Below, piece after piece: positions 55,557 through 64,000 of a DNA stretch of 64,000 bases. Every line of letters begins with the position of its first letter. Positions within the stretch are counted from its first letter, which is position 1. Below the pieces are notes generated by a model. It did no database searches, was not told the origin of the DNA, and worked only from the letters and a program-made list of their open reading frames with translations. This stretch comes from an uncultured delta proteobacterium (GTDB lineage Bacteria; Myxococcota_A; Polyangia; Polyangiales; Houyiibacteriaceae). The DNA lies in the NCBI GenBank assembly GCA_963704865.1, contig CAVPIE010000015.1, positions 95,669 through 159,668 on the forward strand. The letters are read 5' to 3'. Position numbers and translations under genes: made by a program.

Positions 55557-55679
55557 CAGCGCCGTCTTTAGCGGCGCACTGGAAAAGCAGCAAGCCCGGT
55601 CGGATCTATTCCCATAATTGGGCGCCTGGAGAGGCTGACGCCCTAGCGGCTGCATGCTAGCGTCCGACCGAGAACGCTG

Positions 55680-56378
55680 ATGAACCGCCCACGCCAATCT
55701 GGTAGCTCGACCGTCTGGTCGCTGATCTCGTTCGCGACCCTCGCGCTCTTCGCGGTGACCCTATACACGATCTTCGTCGTTGCCCCTGTCGAGCAACAGA
55801 TGGGGATCGTTCAGAAAATCTTCTATTTTCACGTTCCGAGTGCCTACGCGATGTACATTGGCTTTGGCGTATCAGCCGTCGGCAGCGCGGTGTATCTCCT
55901 CAAGCGCGACCCCAAGTGGGACGCCCTCGCAGTGGCCGGCGCAGAAGTCGGCTCTCTGTTCTGCCTCATCGTCTTGCTCACCGGTCCTCTCTGGGCGCGC
56001 AAGGCCTGGGGAGTTTGGTGGACGTGGGACCCCCGACTCACGACGACGTTGTTGGCTGGAATGATCTTCGCCGCGTACCTCTCGCTTCGATCGATGGGCA
56101 ATGCGGGGGAAGTCGAGAAGCGTTTTGCCGCCGGCTTGGCGCTTTTCGGGCTGATAGACCTGCCGTTGATTCACTACAGCGTGCAGCGTTGGAGGGGCGT
56201 TCACCCGACCGTCATCACCGGTAAGGGGGGCGGGCTCGAGTCCGAGATGTACTGGGCGCTTGGCCTAAGCTTCATTGCGTTCACCGGCTTGGCCGTCCTT
56301 TTGATTTGGGCGCGGGCCTCTGCGGAACGACAACGCGAACAAACCGCGAAGCTACGATTCGAGTTGATGCACCGATGA
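55680..56378 (+). CDS. ccmC: Haem exporter protein C (cytochrome c maturation)
   Basis: WGVWWTWDPRLTT is the WWD haem-handling motif. ~6 TM segments. Confidence 0.85.
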   Translation: MNRPRQSGSSTVWSLISFATLALFAVTLYTIFVVAPVEQQMGIVQKIFYFHVPSAYAMYIGFGVSAVGSAVYLLKRDPKWDALAVAGAEVGSLFCLIVLLTGPLWARKAWGVWWTWDPRLTTTLLAGMIFAAYLSLRSMGNAGEVEKRFAAGLALFGLIDLPLIHYSVQRWRGVHPTVITGKGGGLESEMYWALGLSFIAFTGLAVLLIWARASAERQREQTAKLRFELMHR

Positions 56379-56388
56379 AGGAACTGAC

Positions 56389-56712
56389 ATGCGAGCTCTG
56401 ATCGCCGCGCTCGTGCTGGGATGCACGATGCTCATCACTCCCCTCGCTCTTGCAGATGTGCAGCCGGCCGAGCCGGATGGCGGATCCGCTGAAACCAAGG
56501 AAGACGCGGCCGAGGAGAGGGCGGCACAATTCGTTGGAGTCCGCGGGCCCGAAGCCGAGAGCGTTCCGGGCGGGGCCCTCATGCTCGCTGCCTATGCGAT
56601 CGTTTGGGCGCTGCTGTTTCTCTATCTGATGCGAATGCGTGGCCTGCAGCGCAACACAGCGGAGGAGCTCGAGCGGCTCAGCGCCGAGATTCGAGCCAGC
56701 GGTGGCAGCTGA
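56389..56712 (+). CDS. CcmD-like small membrane protein with N-terminal extension
   Basis: The C-terminal TM plus basic tail (LMLAAYAIVWALLFLYLMRMRGLQR) resembles CcmD, and it lies directly after ccmC. Confidence 0.4.
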   Translation: MRALIAALVLGCTMLITPLALADVQPAEPDGGSAETKEDAAEERAAQFVGVRGPEAESVPGGALMLAAYAIVWALLFLYLMRMRGLQRNTAEELERLSAEIRASGGS

Positions 56713-56840
56713 TGCCATCCGTCGGCCATATCATTTACATTCCGGGCATATTGCTGATCGGCTTTGCGCTCGGGTTTCGAATGGGAGCGAAGGCCGTCAG
56801 GGCCGAGCTGGAGCGTCGCGAGCAGGCACGGCGCAGTTGA
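56712..56840 (+). CDS. Possible 42-aa single-TM peptide
   Basis: ATGA overlap with the upstream ORF. MPSVGHIIYIPGILLIGFALGF.. hydrophobic core followed by a basic tail. Confidence 0.25.
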   Translation: MPSVGHIIYIPGILLIGFALGFRMGAKAVRAELERREQARRS

Positions 56841-56855
56841 TCGAGAGGTAGCAAC

Positions 56856-58004
56856 ATGTTGGATTTCGAGTTGACCGCCGAACAGAAGGCCCTCGTGGAG
56901 GCGAGCCGCCGCTTCACGCGCGAAAAGATCATCCCCATCGCCGGTGAGGCGGACAAGACCCACGAGTTCCCGATGGACGTCTTCAAGGAGGCCTGGGAGC
57001 TCGGCTTCGTCGGGCCCAACATTCCAGAAGCGTATGGCGGCGCAGGCATGGGCGAAGTCGATCATGTGCTTCTCACCGAGGAGCTCGCGTTCGGCTGTAC
57101 CGGCATCCAGACCAGCATGACGGCCAACGTGCTTGCTGCCACGCCGCTCCTCATTGCGGGTAACGAAGCGCAAAAGAAGAAGTATCTCGGGATGCTGACT
57201 TCCGAGCCCATCTTCGCGTCATACGCGATCACGGAATCCGTCGCGGGAAGCGATTCCGCTGGAATCCAAACGAGATGCCGCAAAGACGGCAATGACTGGA
57301 TCATCAACGGGGAGAAAGTCTACATCACCAACGCCGCATGGGCCAGCTGGTACATCGTGTTCGCGACTGTCGACCCGTCGCTCCGCCACAGCGGAATCAT
57401 GGGGTTCGTCATCGACCGCGATGCAAACGGCGTCACGATCGGAAAGACCGAAGACAAACTCGGCCAGCGCGCCAGCAACACCGCCGTCGTCAACTTCGAA
57501 GACGTCCGCGTTTCGTCTGACAACGTGCTCGCTGAGGCAGGGCACGGCTTCAAGCTGGCGATGCAAACCTTCGACCGTACCCGGCCCGACATCGGTGCCG
57601 GCGCTTGCGGTCTCATGCGGCGCGCCCTCGAAGAATCGATCGCCTACGCGCTCGAGCGGAAGACCTTCGGCGTTCCAATCGCGGAACACCAGATGGTTCA
57701 GGCCATGATCGCCGAAATGGGCATCAAGTACGAGGCCACCCGACTCCTCGTCTGGAAGGCGGCCTGGCAGATCGACCAGGGCGGCCGAAACTCGCTGGTG
57801 GCATCGTATAGCAAGGCGTTCGGCGCAGACAGTGCAATGCAAGTCGCCACCGATGCGGTTCAGGTCTTCGGCGGCAATGGCTACATCACCGAGTACCCGG
57901 TGGAGAAGCTGATGCGCGATGCGAAGATCCTCCAAATCTACGAAGGCACTTCCCAGATTCAACGGATGGTCATTGCGAAGAACCTGTTCGCAGGCGTCCG
58001 CTAG
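56856..58004 (+). CDS. Acyl-CoA dehydrogenase (short/medium-chain type)
   Basis: 382 aa. ITESVAGSDSAG, and the C-terminal GGNGYITEYPVEKLMRDAKILQIYEGTSQIQ. Confidence 0.9.
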   Translation: MLDFELTAEQKALVEASRRFTREKIIPIAGEADKTHEFPMDVFKEAWELGFVGPNIPEAYGGAGMGEVDHVLLTEELAFGCTGIQTSMTANVLAATPLLIAGNEAQKKKYLGMLTSEPIFASYAITESVAGSDSAGIQTRCRKDGNDWIINGEKVYITNAAWASWYIVFATVDPSLRHSGIMGFVIDRDANGVTIGKTEDKLGQRASNTAVVNFEDVRVSSDNVLAEAGHGFKLAMQTFDRTRPDIGAGACGLMRRALEESIAYALERKTFGVPIAEHQMVQAMIAEMGIKYEATRLLVWKAAWQIDQGGRNSLVASYSKAFGADSAMQVATDAVQVFGGNGYITEYPVEKLMRDAKILQIYEGTSQIQRMVIAKNLFAGVR

Positions 58005-58929
58005 CCTCGGGCTCACGGCGGTCGCGGTAGTTCTGCTGAGCTCGGTAGCAAGCGCCGACCTCGGGCTGCCGAGGTTCGTCGGAACCGACGTCGAACAAGA
58101 CGAGATTCTCGAAGTCATTTCGTCTGCTGAGTCGCGGAGCTTCAAGCCCGTCGGTCACAGCTCCGTCGTCTTGCGGATGCGGACGGTCGAGCGCGTGACC
58201 GCCGCCTTGAGGATTAGGAGCCACGAAATCCAGGACGGCTATCGCTGCGAGATCGCTGCTTACCGGATCAGCCGACTGCTCGGTCTAGACAACGTTCCCC
58301 CCGCGATTTACCGACGCGCGAGCTGGAAAGAAGTCAATCAGCGGTTTCACGACGACATGCTCGATCGCCGAGCGGCGATTCGACGAGCAGTGATGTGGGA
58401 CGATGACGGCTCGGCGCCCGGTGCTGCCGTCTATTGGATTAAAGGACTCCGCTCGTTCGGACTCGAAAACAAAGCACGCTGGCAGAGCTGGCTGCAGGAC
58501 GGCAACATCCCTCGAGGCAAATTCGAGCTCGCCCGCGACCTGTCGACGATGACGGTGTTCGACTTGCTCATCGGGAACTGGGATCGGTTCAGCGGTGGAA
58601 ACCTCCCCACGGATCAGGAGCGGCAGCGTGCGTTCTTGCGAGACAACGATCGCGCATTTTCGACGCCGCTTCTCAGAGGACGCTACGAGAAGCTGCTCGA
58701 AGCCCTCACGGGCACCAAGCGATTCTCGAAAGATCTGGTGCGTCACCTCGAAGCCCTCGACGAAGCATCGATCCGCAGCGAGCTGGCCCGGGACCCGAGT
58801 CAGCAGTCGACGCCGCTCTTGAGCGACGACCAGATCGCAGACGTTCTGAACCGCCGGGGCGCAATTCTCTCGTACATCGCCGCGCTCATCGAAGAGCATG
58901 GCGAGGCTGAAGTGCTCTTCTTCCCTTGA
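57919..58929 (+). CDS. Secreted Fam20/Four-jointed-like (Golgi-casein-kinase-fold) protein-kinase homologue
   Basis: [23 protein letters not shown] aligns with FAM20C [42 protein letters not shown] aligns with [28 protein letters not shown] aligns with IHLDNGRGFG. N-terminal signal-like segment. ATG 57919 overlaps the ACAD 3' end by 86 nt. Confidence 0.55.
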   Translation: [336 protein letters not shown]

Positions 58930-58955
58930 GTTAAACGCCGTGGTAAGGGCACCGG

Positions 58956-59663
58956 GTGGTGAAGCCGAAGGAGATCGATGCGAACGAGATGGGCCATGTG
59001 TTGGGTCTTCTCGTTCACGACCTCCGCAACCCCGCGGCCACGATCAGCGCCAACGTGGATTTCCTCCAAGAGGTGGGTCTAGCCGACGACGACTCGGACG
59101 ACGCCTTGCAAGACGTGAGGCTCGGCGTGGGAGAGCTGCGGCGTGGCCTCGACATGCTCGCGTGGATCAGCCGCTGGCTCACGGGCCATGTGCCCCTAGA
59201 GGCCGCCAATGGAGACGTGGGCGTGTTCTTGGAGCGGCTCGAGCGGGCCGATACCCCGGTTCCTGTGACAGTCGAGATTGCCAGGGAAGATCAGCTCTAC
59301 GCACACGGTGCACAGGTTGCCGTGGAAGTCGTCGACCTTCTGCTTCACAACACCCGCGCCAACGTCCCCGATGGACAGGCCACCGTTCGCGTTTATCAGC
59401 GAGGCAGCCGCGTGGTGATCGAGGTGCAAGATGAGGGTGAAGCCATCGCGCCGGAGCTGCGTAAATCCGCGTTTACCCTCGAGGGACAGCAAGCGCTCAA
59501 GGGACGGATCGACGGCCGCTACAGCCGGTTCGTCGGGCTCTTTGCGGCGGCCGTGGTGCTGGACGGTGTCGGCGGCACGATCGAGGCCGACGGGAAAAAG
59601 GGCGCAGCGATCTTCAGGGTTTTCCTCCCTGGGGCCCGCCCGACCCGTCCCCCTTCGCCTTAG
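58956..59663 (+). CDS. Soluble histidine-kinase-like protein (HisKA + HATPase_c)
   Basis: H-box LVHDLRNPAATISANVDFL, and a C-terminal ATPase-like region (EVQDEGEAI..GLF..). Start is GTG 58956 or ATG 58989. Confidence 0.55.
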   Translation: MVKPKEIDANEMGHVLGLLVHDLRNPAATISANVDFLQEVGLADDDSDDALQDVRLGVGELRRGLDMLAWISRWLTGHVPLEAANGDVGVFLERLERADTPVPVTVEIAREDQLYAHGAQVAVEVVDLLLHNTRANVPDGQATVRVYQRGSRVVIEVQDEGEAIAPELRKSAFTLEGQQALKGRIDGRYSRFVGLFAAAVVLDGVGGTIEADGKKGAAIFRVFLPGARPTRPPSP

Positions 59664-60969
59664 CCGCTCCTCGGAGCCCCTGAAGCCGTTCGCGAATGCG
59701 GGCCTCGAAGCCCTGGTCCGTTGGGTGGTAGTACTGGCGGTCGACCAGCGCGTCGGGAAGATAGGTTTCCTCCGCGCTGAATCCGCTTTCGTCGTGTGGG
59801 TATCGATAGCCGTCGCCGTATCCCCAGGATTTCATCGCTTCGGTTGGCGCGTTGCGGAGCTTCAGCGGCACCGGCAAGGCCCCGTGCTCCCTCACGTCGG
59901 CTTGGGCCATCTTCCAGGCTTTGTAACCCGCGTTGCTCTTTGGCGCGCTGGCCAAATACGTACAGCACTGCGCGATAGGAAAGATGCCTTCGGGCATTCC
60001 CAGCCGCCGGAACGCAGCATCGGCGCCCACCGCGACATCCAGTGCCTGCGGATCGGCGTTTCCGATGTCCTCGCTTGCAAAGATCAGCATCCGTCGAAGA
60101 ACGAACAGCGGGTCTTCCCCCGCCTCGAGCATGCGCATCAGCCAATAGACCGCCGCGTCCGGGTCGCTACCGCGCATCGACTTGATGAACGCACTGATGA
60201 CGTTGTAGTGCTCCTCGCCTGACTTGTCGTAGAGCAGTGTCTGGGTCGCCAACGCTTCTTGAACGATCGACACGGTGACTGCTTCGACGCCGGCCGACTG
60301 CGCGAAATCACTGGCTAGCTCGAGCGCCGACAATGCGCGTCGGGCATCGCCCCCCGCGTTTTGCGAGATTGCGGCCAGCGCTTCGTCGTCGACCGCTTGT
60401 GCGATATGCCCGATGCCATGCTCTTCGTTTGCGAGGGCGCGTTCGAGCAGCTGGCGCAAGTCGGCAGCCTCGAGTGGCTTCAGATCGAAGACCCGCGCGC
60501 GCGACAGCAAAGCGGAGTTCACCGCAAATGATGGGTTCTCCGTGGTCGCGCCGATTAGGGTCACCGTGCCATTCTCGACATGGGGAAGTAGCGCATCCTG
60601 TTGCGCCTTGTTGAATCGGTGAATCTCGTCGATGAAAAGAATCGTTTTTTTGCCGTAGTAGTTTTTCTGCTCTTTCGCGGCGGCGATGATCTTTCGAAGC
60701 TCCGGCACACCTCCGAGGACCGCGCTGAAGGGAACGAAAAGCGACTGCGTCTCGTTGGCGATCACGTGGGCGACCGTGGTCTTCCCGGTGCCCGGCGGTC
60801 CCCAGAGAATCATCGAAGGAATGCGGTCGGCGCGAATTGCACGCGCGAGGATGTGACCGTCTCCAAGAAGGTGCGCCTGGCCGACCACGTCTTCGAGGCG
60901 CCGAGGCCGCATTCGGTCAGCGAGAGGGGAGCCGGTTTCCGCTTGTCGCTCGAAGAGGTCCACTGCCAA
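59614..60969 (-). CDS. rarA: Replication-associated recombination protein A (AAA+ ATPase)
   Basis: MILWGPPGTGKTT, ILFIDEIHRFNKAQQDALLP and the C-terminal MgsA domain (DPDAAVYWLMRMLEAGEDP). Non-ATG start (TTG 60969 or GTG 60963). Confidence 0.9.
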   Translation of the reverse strand: MAVDLFERQAETGSPLADRMRPRRLEDVVGQAHLLGDGHILARAIRADRIPSMILWGPPGTGKTTVAHVIANETQSLFVPFSAVLGGVPELRKIIAAAKEQKNYYGKKTILFIDEIHRFNKAQQDALLPHVENGTVTLIGATTENPSFAVNSALLSRARVFDLKPLEAADLRQLLERALANEEHGIGHIAQAVDDEALAAISQNAGGDARRALSALELASDFAQSAGVEAVTVSIVQEALATQTLLYDKSGEEHYNVISAFIKSMRGSDPDAAVYWLMRMLEAGEDPLFVLRRMLIFASEDIGNADPQALDVAVGADAAFRRLGMPEGIFPIAQCCTYLASAPKSNAGYKAWKMAQADVREHGALPVPLKLRNAPTEAMKSWGYGDGYRYPHDESGFSAEETYLPDALVDRQYYHPTDQGFEARIRERLQGLRGAAKAKGDGSGGPQGGKP

Positions 60970-60978
60970 GCTTATAAC

Positions 60979-62085
60979 TCAGCGGAGGATGCGGAGTCTC
61001 TTCGGACCTTCGCCTTCCGGAGCGGTTTCGCCCCCACCGCGGTCGAAGTGCACTTTCGCGATGCATTCGGCAAGCGCGTCCGCCACCGTCGCGAACGCTT
61101 GTCCGGCCAAAGACGCAGGGGCCGCCTGCACGATCGGGGTGCCCTGGTCGCCCCATTCGCGGACCAGGCCGTCGATCGGTATTTGACCGAAGAGCGGGGC
61201 CTCGGCGAATTCTGCAATCTTCTGACCCCCGCCACTACCGAAGAGCTCGTGCTTCACGCCGGCGCTATCGATGAAGTAGCTCATGTTCTCGACCACGCCC
61301 AGTATCGGGATGTTGAGCTTCTGGCACATCGACACCGACTTGTAGACGTCCTGAAGCGCCACCTCTTGGGGGGTCGTCACGATGATGGCGCCCGTGATTC
61401 GAAGCTTTTGCGCCAGCGTCAGGGCGACGTCGCCTGTTCCAGGCGGCGAGTCGATGATGAGATAATCGAGCGGGCCCCAGTCCACGTCGGTGACGAACTG
61501 CTGTAGCGCGCCGTGAAGCATTGGCCCGCGCCACACGATTGCCTGCTTTGGGTCTTCGAGCAGAAAGCCGATGCTCATCAGCTTGATGCCAAAGCGCTGC
61601 AGCGGCTGGATTCGCTTGCCATCCTTGGAGGTCGGCTGCCCTTCGATACCGAGCATCGTCGGGATGGACGGGCCGTAGATGTCTGCGTCGAGGAGGCCGA
61701 CACGCGTACCGAGCCGCCGCAGAGCAAGAGCCAGGTTCGTCGCTACGGTGCTTTTGCCTACGCCGCCTTTGCCGCTCATCACCAGCACGACATTCCGAAC
61801 CTCCGGAATCGGATCGGTGCTCGTCGCTTCGCGCGTGGGCACGCTCACCTCGATTTCCAGCTCGACGAACTCGACCCCGAGCGGCTCGAGCGCGGCTTCG
61901 ATGCGCCTGCTGATCGTCTGCCGCGCATCTTCGGAAGGCGAGCTCAAGCGCACCTTTGCCCAGACTCGACCATCCTCGATGCGTGCATCGAGGAGCGTTC
62001 CCAAGTCGCCGAGGGGTTTCCGAAAGATGGGATCTTCGACCTTGCGAATAGCGTATTTGACTGCGTCGAGGGTAGGGGACCCCAT
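60979..62085 (-). CDS. apbC: Mrp/ApbC/NBP35-family Fe-S cluster carrier ATPase
   Basis: N-terminal DUF59-like domain (VEDPIFRKPLGDLG). SGKGGVGKSTVATNLA. IIDSPPGTGD. GGAGG Shine-Dalgarno upstream. Confidence 0.9.
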   Translation of the reverse strand: MGSPTLDAVKYAIRKVEDPIFRKPLGDLGTLLDARIEDGRVWAKVRLSSPSEDARQTISRRIEAALEPLGVEFVELEIEVSVPTREATSTDPIPEVRNVVLVMSGKGGVGKSTVATNLALALRRLGTRVGLLDADIYGPSIPTMLGIEGQPTSKDGKRIQPLQRFGIKLMSIGFLLEDPKQAIVWRGPMLHGALQQFVTDVDWGPLDYLIIDSPPGTGDVALTLAQKLRITGAIIVTTPQEVALQDVYKSVSMCQKLNIPILGVVENMSYFIDSAGVKHELFGSGGGQKIAEFAEAPLFGQIPIDGLVREWGDQGTPIVQAAPASLAGQAFATVADALAECIAKVHFDRGGGETAPEGEGPKRLRILR

Positions 62086-62144
62086 CGAAACCTCCAGGTC
62101 GGTGCAACCGGAATCCTCTAGGGCGGCGGTTTGGTGCAGTCAAG

Positions 62145-63512
62145 GTGGACAAACTTCGGTTCGCCGCTTGGCCCGGGTATGCTGCCGCCGTGTCGGTTTG
62201 GGAGCGACGGTGGGCACTTCCACTCGTGATCTTCGTCCTCTGCTCGGGGGTGTACGGCGCGACCTCTGCGGGCAGGCTCCTCCAACCTTCACCCAACAAT
62301 CACTACGTCCACTTGGCGGACGCGTGGCTGCACGGCCGCCTCCACATCGGGGGCGACCCACCGGGCACCAACGACTGGGCCTGCTTCGACACCTTGGATC
62401 GCGGGCCCTGTCCCGAGGGACGCTATTCGTTCTCTGGACCCGACGCCGAGCGCCACCGCTGGTACGTCTCCTTCCCGCCCTTGCCGGCAATCCTCTTGCT
62501 GCCCTTCGTGGCGGTTTTCGGACTGGGTACCTTGGACGCTCTGTTCTGGGTGCTCTTTGCCGGACTTGGGCCGATGGTCCTGTTCCTGGTCTTGCGCTTC
62601 CTGCGCGAGTCCGGGCAGAGCCAGCGCAGCCCTTCAGAAAACCTCCTGGTCACCGCGCTCTTCGCAGTCGGGTCGGTCTACTACTTCGTTGCCGTCCAGG
62701 GCACCGTTTGGTTTGCCGCCCATGTCGCGGCCACGACCTTCGTCTGCCTGTACCTGCTCTTTTCCTTCGGCGCGCGGCGCCCCACGGCCGCGGGTTTTAC
62801 GCTCGGGCTCGCGTTCCTCTGCCGCCCGACAACCCTCTTGCTCGCCCCGTTCTTCTTGCTTCAAGCGGTGAGCGCAGAAAATCAACGAAGCCGGGGAACG
62901 TCGAGCCCCCAAGCCCCTGTCATGCAGGCCTTCGCCACGTTCGCGCTTCCCCTCGCCCTGATCGTAGCCCTCACGATGTGGCACAACGCCGCCCGCTTTG
63001 GAGACCCTTTCGAGTTTGGACATCGATTCCTGCAGATTCGTTGGAGGTCGAGAATCGAAACCTGGGGTCTCTTCAGCACACACTACCTTCCGAGAAATCT
63101 GACGGTCTTCATGCTCTCGGTGCCTTGGCTGATGCAATCGAGCCCCTTCGTTCGAATCAGTCGGCACGGCCTCGCCCTTTGGTTCAGCAGCCCGAACCTG
63201 CTCTGGAGCCTATGGCCGAAGAGGCTCGATGCGACGATCTTCGCGCTCTGGGCGGGCGTTCTGCCGACGGCGATCTGCACGCTGCTCTACCAGAACACTG
63301 GTTGGATTCAGTTCGGGTACCGATTCTCCTTGGACTATCTACCGCTTCTCTTCGTGCTGGTCGCTCTGAGCGGTCGGCGGTTCGGCGTCGCGTTTCTCTG
63401 CTGCGCGTTCTTCGCCATCGTCGTGAACACCTTCGGAGCCGTGACCTTCGACCGCTTCGAACAGTTCTACGACGACGACCCGACCCAGCAGGTGATCTTT
63501 CAATCCGACTGA
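62145..63512 (+). CDS. Polytopic membrane protein, GT-C-fold glycosyltransferase-like (ArnT/PMT-like)
   Basis: 455 aa with ~11 hydrophobic segments, and an early periplasmic loop with acidic/aromatic residues. Family call is tentative. GTG start. Confidence 0.4.
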   Translation: MDKLRFAAWPGYAAAVSVWERRWALPLVIFVLCSGVYGATSAGRLLQPSPNNHYVHLADAWLHGRLHIGGDPPGTNDWACFDTLDRGPCPEGRYSFSGPDAERHRWYVSFPPLPAILLLPFVAVFGLGTLDALFWVLFAGLGPMVLFLVLRFLRESGQSQRSPSENLLVTALFAVGSVYYFVAVQGTVWFAAHVAATTFVCLYLLFSFGARRPTAAGFTLGLAFLCRPTTLLLAPFFLLQAVSAENQRSRGTSSPQAPVMQAFATFALPLALIVALTMWHNAARFGDPFEFGHRFLQIRWRSRIETWGLFSTHYLPRNLTVFMLSVPWLMQSSPFVRISRHGLALWFSSPNLLWSLWPKRLDATIFALWAGVLPTAICTLLYQNTGWIQFGYRFSLDYLPLLFVLVALSGRRFGVAFLCCAFFAIVVNTFGAVTFDRFEQFYDDDPTQQVIFQSD

Positions 63513-64000
63513 TCGGCTTCGTTCAACAATTGCTCCGCAAGTGGGCTCGCTGGGCCGCGCGGCAATACGACGCGCGCGAGACCAGCGCGCCCGGCCTCCT
63601 GTTGCAGCAAACGCAGCTCTCCGAGCGCTTCCTCGGAGCGACCGCGTTTCGCTAGGACATGTGCGTGCACCAGGCGATGGGACGCACGAAGCGAAGGATT
63701 GTCGTCGGCGTTCTGTCCGCCGAGGTGCGCAAGCGCCTCTTCCGACTCGCCCCGGACGGCCATGAGGAGAGCCTCCATCGCGACCAACCAGACCTCGATC
63801 GAGCCTTCGGTCGGCCGCCGAATCCGATCGATCGCCCGCTGTGCCGCCTCTGGATCGTCGAACTGAAGCTCGCAAGCCGCCAGAGCCTGGTCGCGCAGAA
63901 CCGCCTGCGACTCCGAGAGCGCAACCTCGTCCAAGCCTCGCAACCGCTCCCGCGCGTTTGCCCACATGCCGGCCTGCGTGAGCGGTCCGGTCGCCATGAG
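63500..64000 (-). CDS. Hypothetical helical-repeat (TPR-like) protein, possibly truncated at the window edge
   Basis: The ORF is open to the last base of the window. Ala/Leu/Arg-rich helical repeats. No family recognised. Confidence 0.35.
   Translation of the reverse strand, partial: LMATGPLTQAGMWANARERLRGLDEVALSESQAVLRDQALAACELQFDDPEAAQRAIDRIRRPTEGSIEVWLVAMEALLMAVRGESEEALAHLGGQNADDNPSLRASHRLVHAHVLAKRGRSEEALGELRLLQQEAGRAGLARVVLPRGPASPLAEQLLNEADQSD

Noticed and set aside
59614-59663. 50-nt convergent overlap between the histidine-kinase-like gene and rarA 3' ends.
   Set aside because: Both ends are low-complexity tails in GC-rich DNA. This is probably just late stop codons rather than a functional antisense arrangement. 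I noted it but did not pursue it.

Overview
GC-rich, gene-dense chromosomal segment. Gene content suggests Myxococcota, but that is inference only. I support about 62 protein-coding genes. I found no rRNA, tRNA, CRISPR array, transposase, integrase or phage genes.

Recognisable housekeeping and metabolic genes:
- sulfate activation (cysD, cysNC) and oligoribonuclease
- a thiolase/FadB beta-oxidation pair and an acyl-CoA dehydrogenase
- an ABC exporter
- an exopolysaccharide export/priming module (Wza-like, Wzc-like, priming sugar transferase)
- methylcrotonyl-CoA carboxylase subunits
- an RpoD-family sigma factor
- ammonium transporter plus porin
- adenosine deaminase, gcvPB, ccmC/ccmD-like, rarA and mrp/apbC

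I see no clear defence or mobile system. The observations most worth follow-up are:
1. A three-copy dispersed, structured GC-rich repeat (about 140 nt). It always follows a gene's 3' end and carries hairpins, a canonical G-quadruplex motif and an outward-facing Shine-Dalgarno+GTG. That GTG is in frame with the next gene in two copies.
2. An adjacent ~250-bp nested palindrome with a perfect 25-bp stem.
3. A translationally coupled ferredoxin-reductase / MerR / diiron-oxygenase operon with a perfect palindromic operator candidate.
4. A set of eukaryote-like proteins: an SLC4/Band-3-like exchanger, a TMEM97/EXPERA protein coupled to an SDR, a Fam20-like secreted kinase, a triple-Kazal lipoprotein and a TANGO2/NRDE protein.
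5. A Get3/ArsA-like ATPase pair plus a third paralogue, and twin MenA-like prenyltransferases flanking an unknown gene.
6. A CysNC whose APS-kinase domain looks catalytically degenerate.

All calls come from reading the translations and DNA by eye. No database searches were run.
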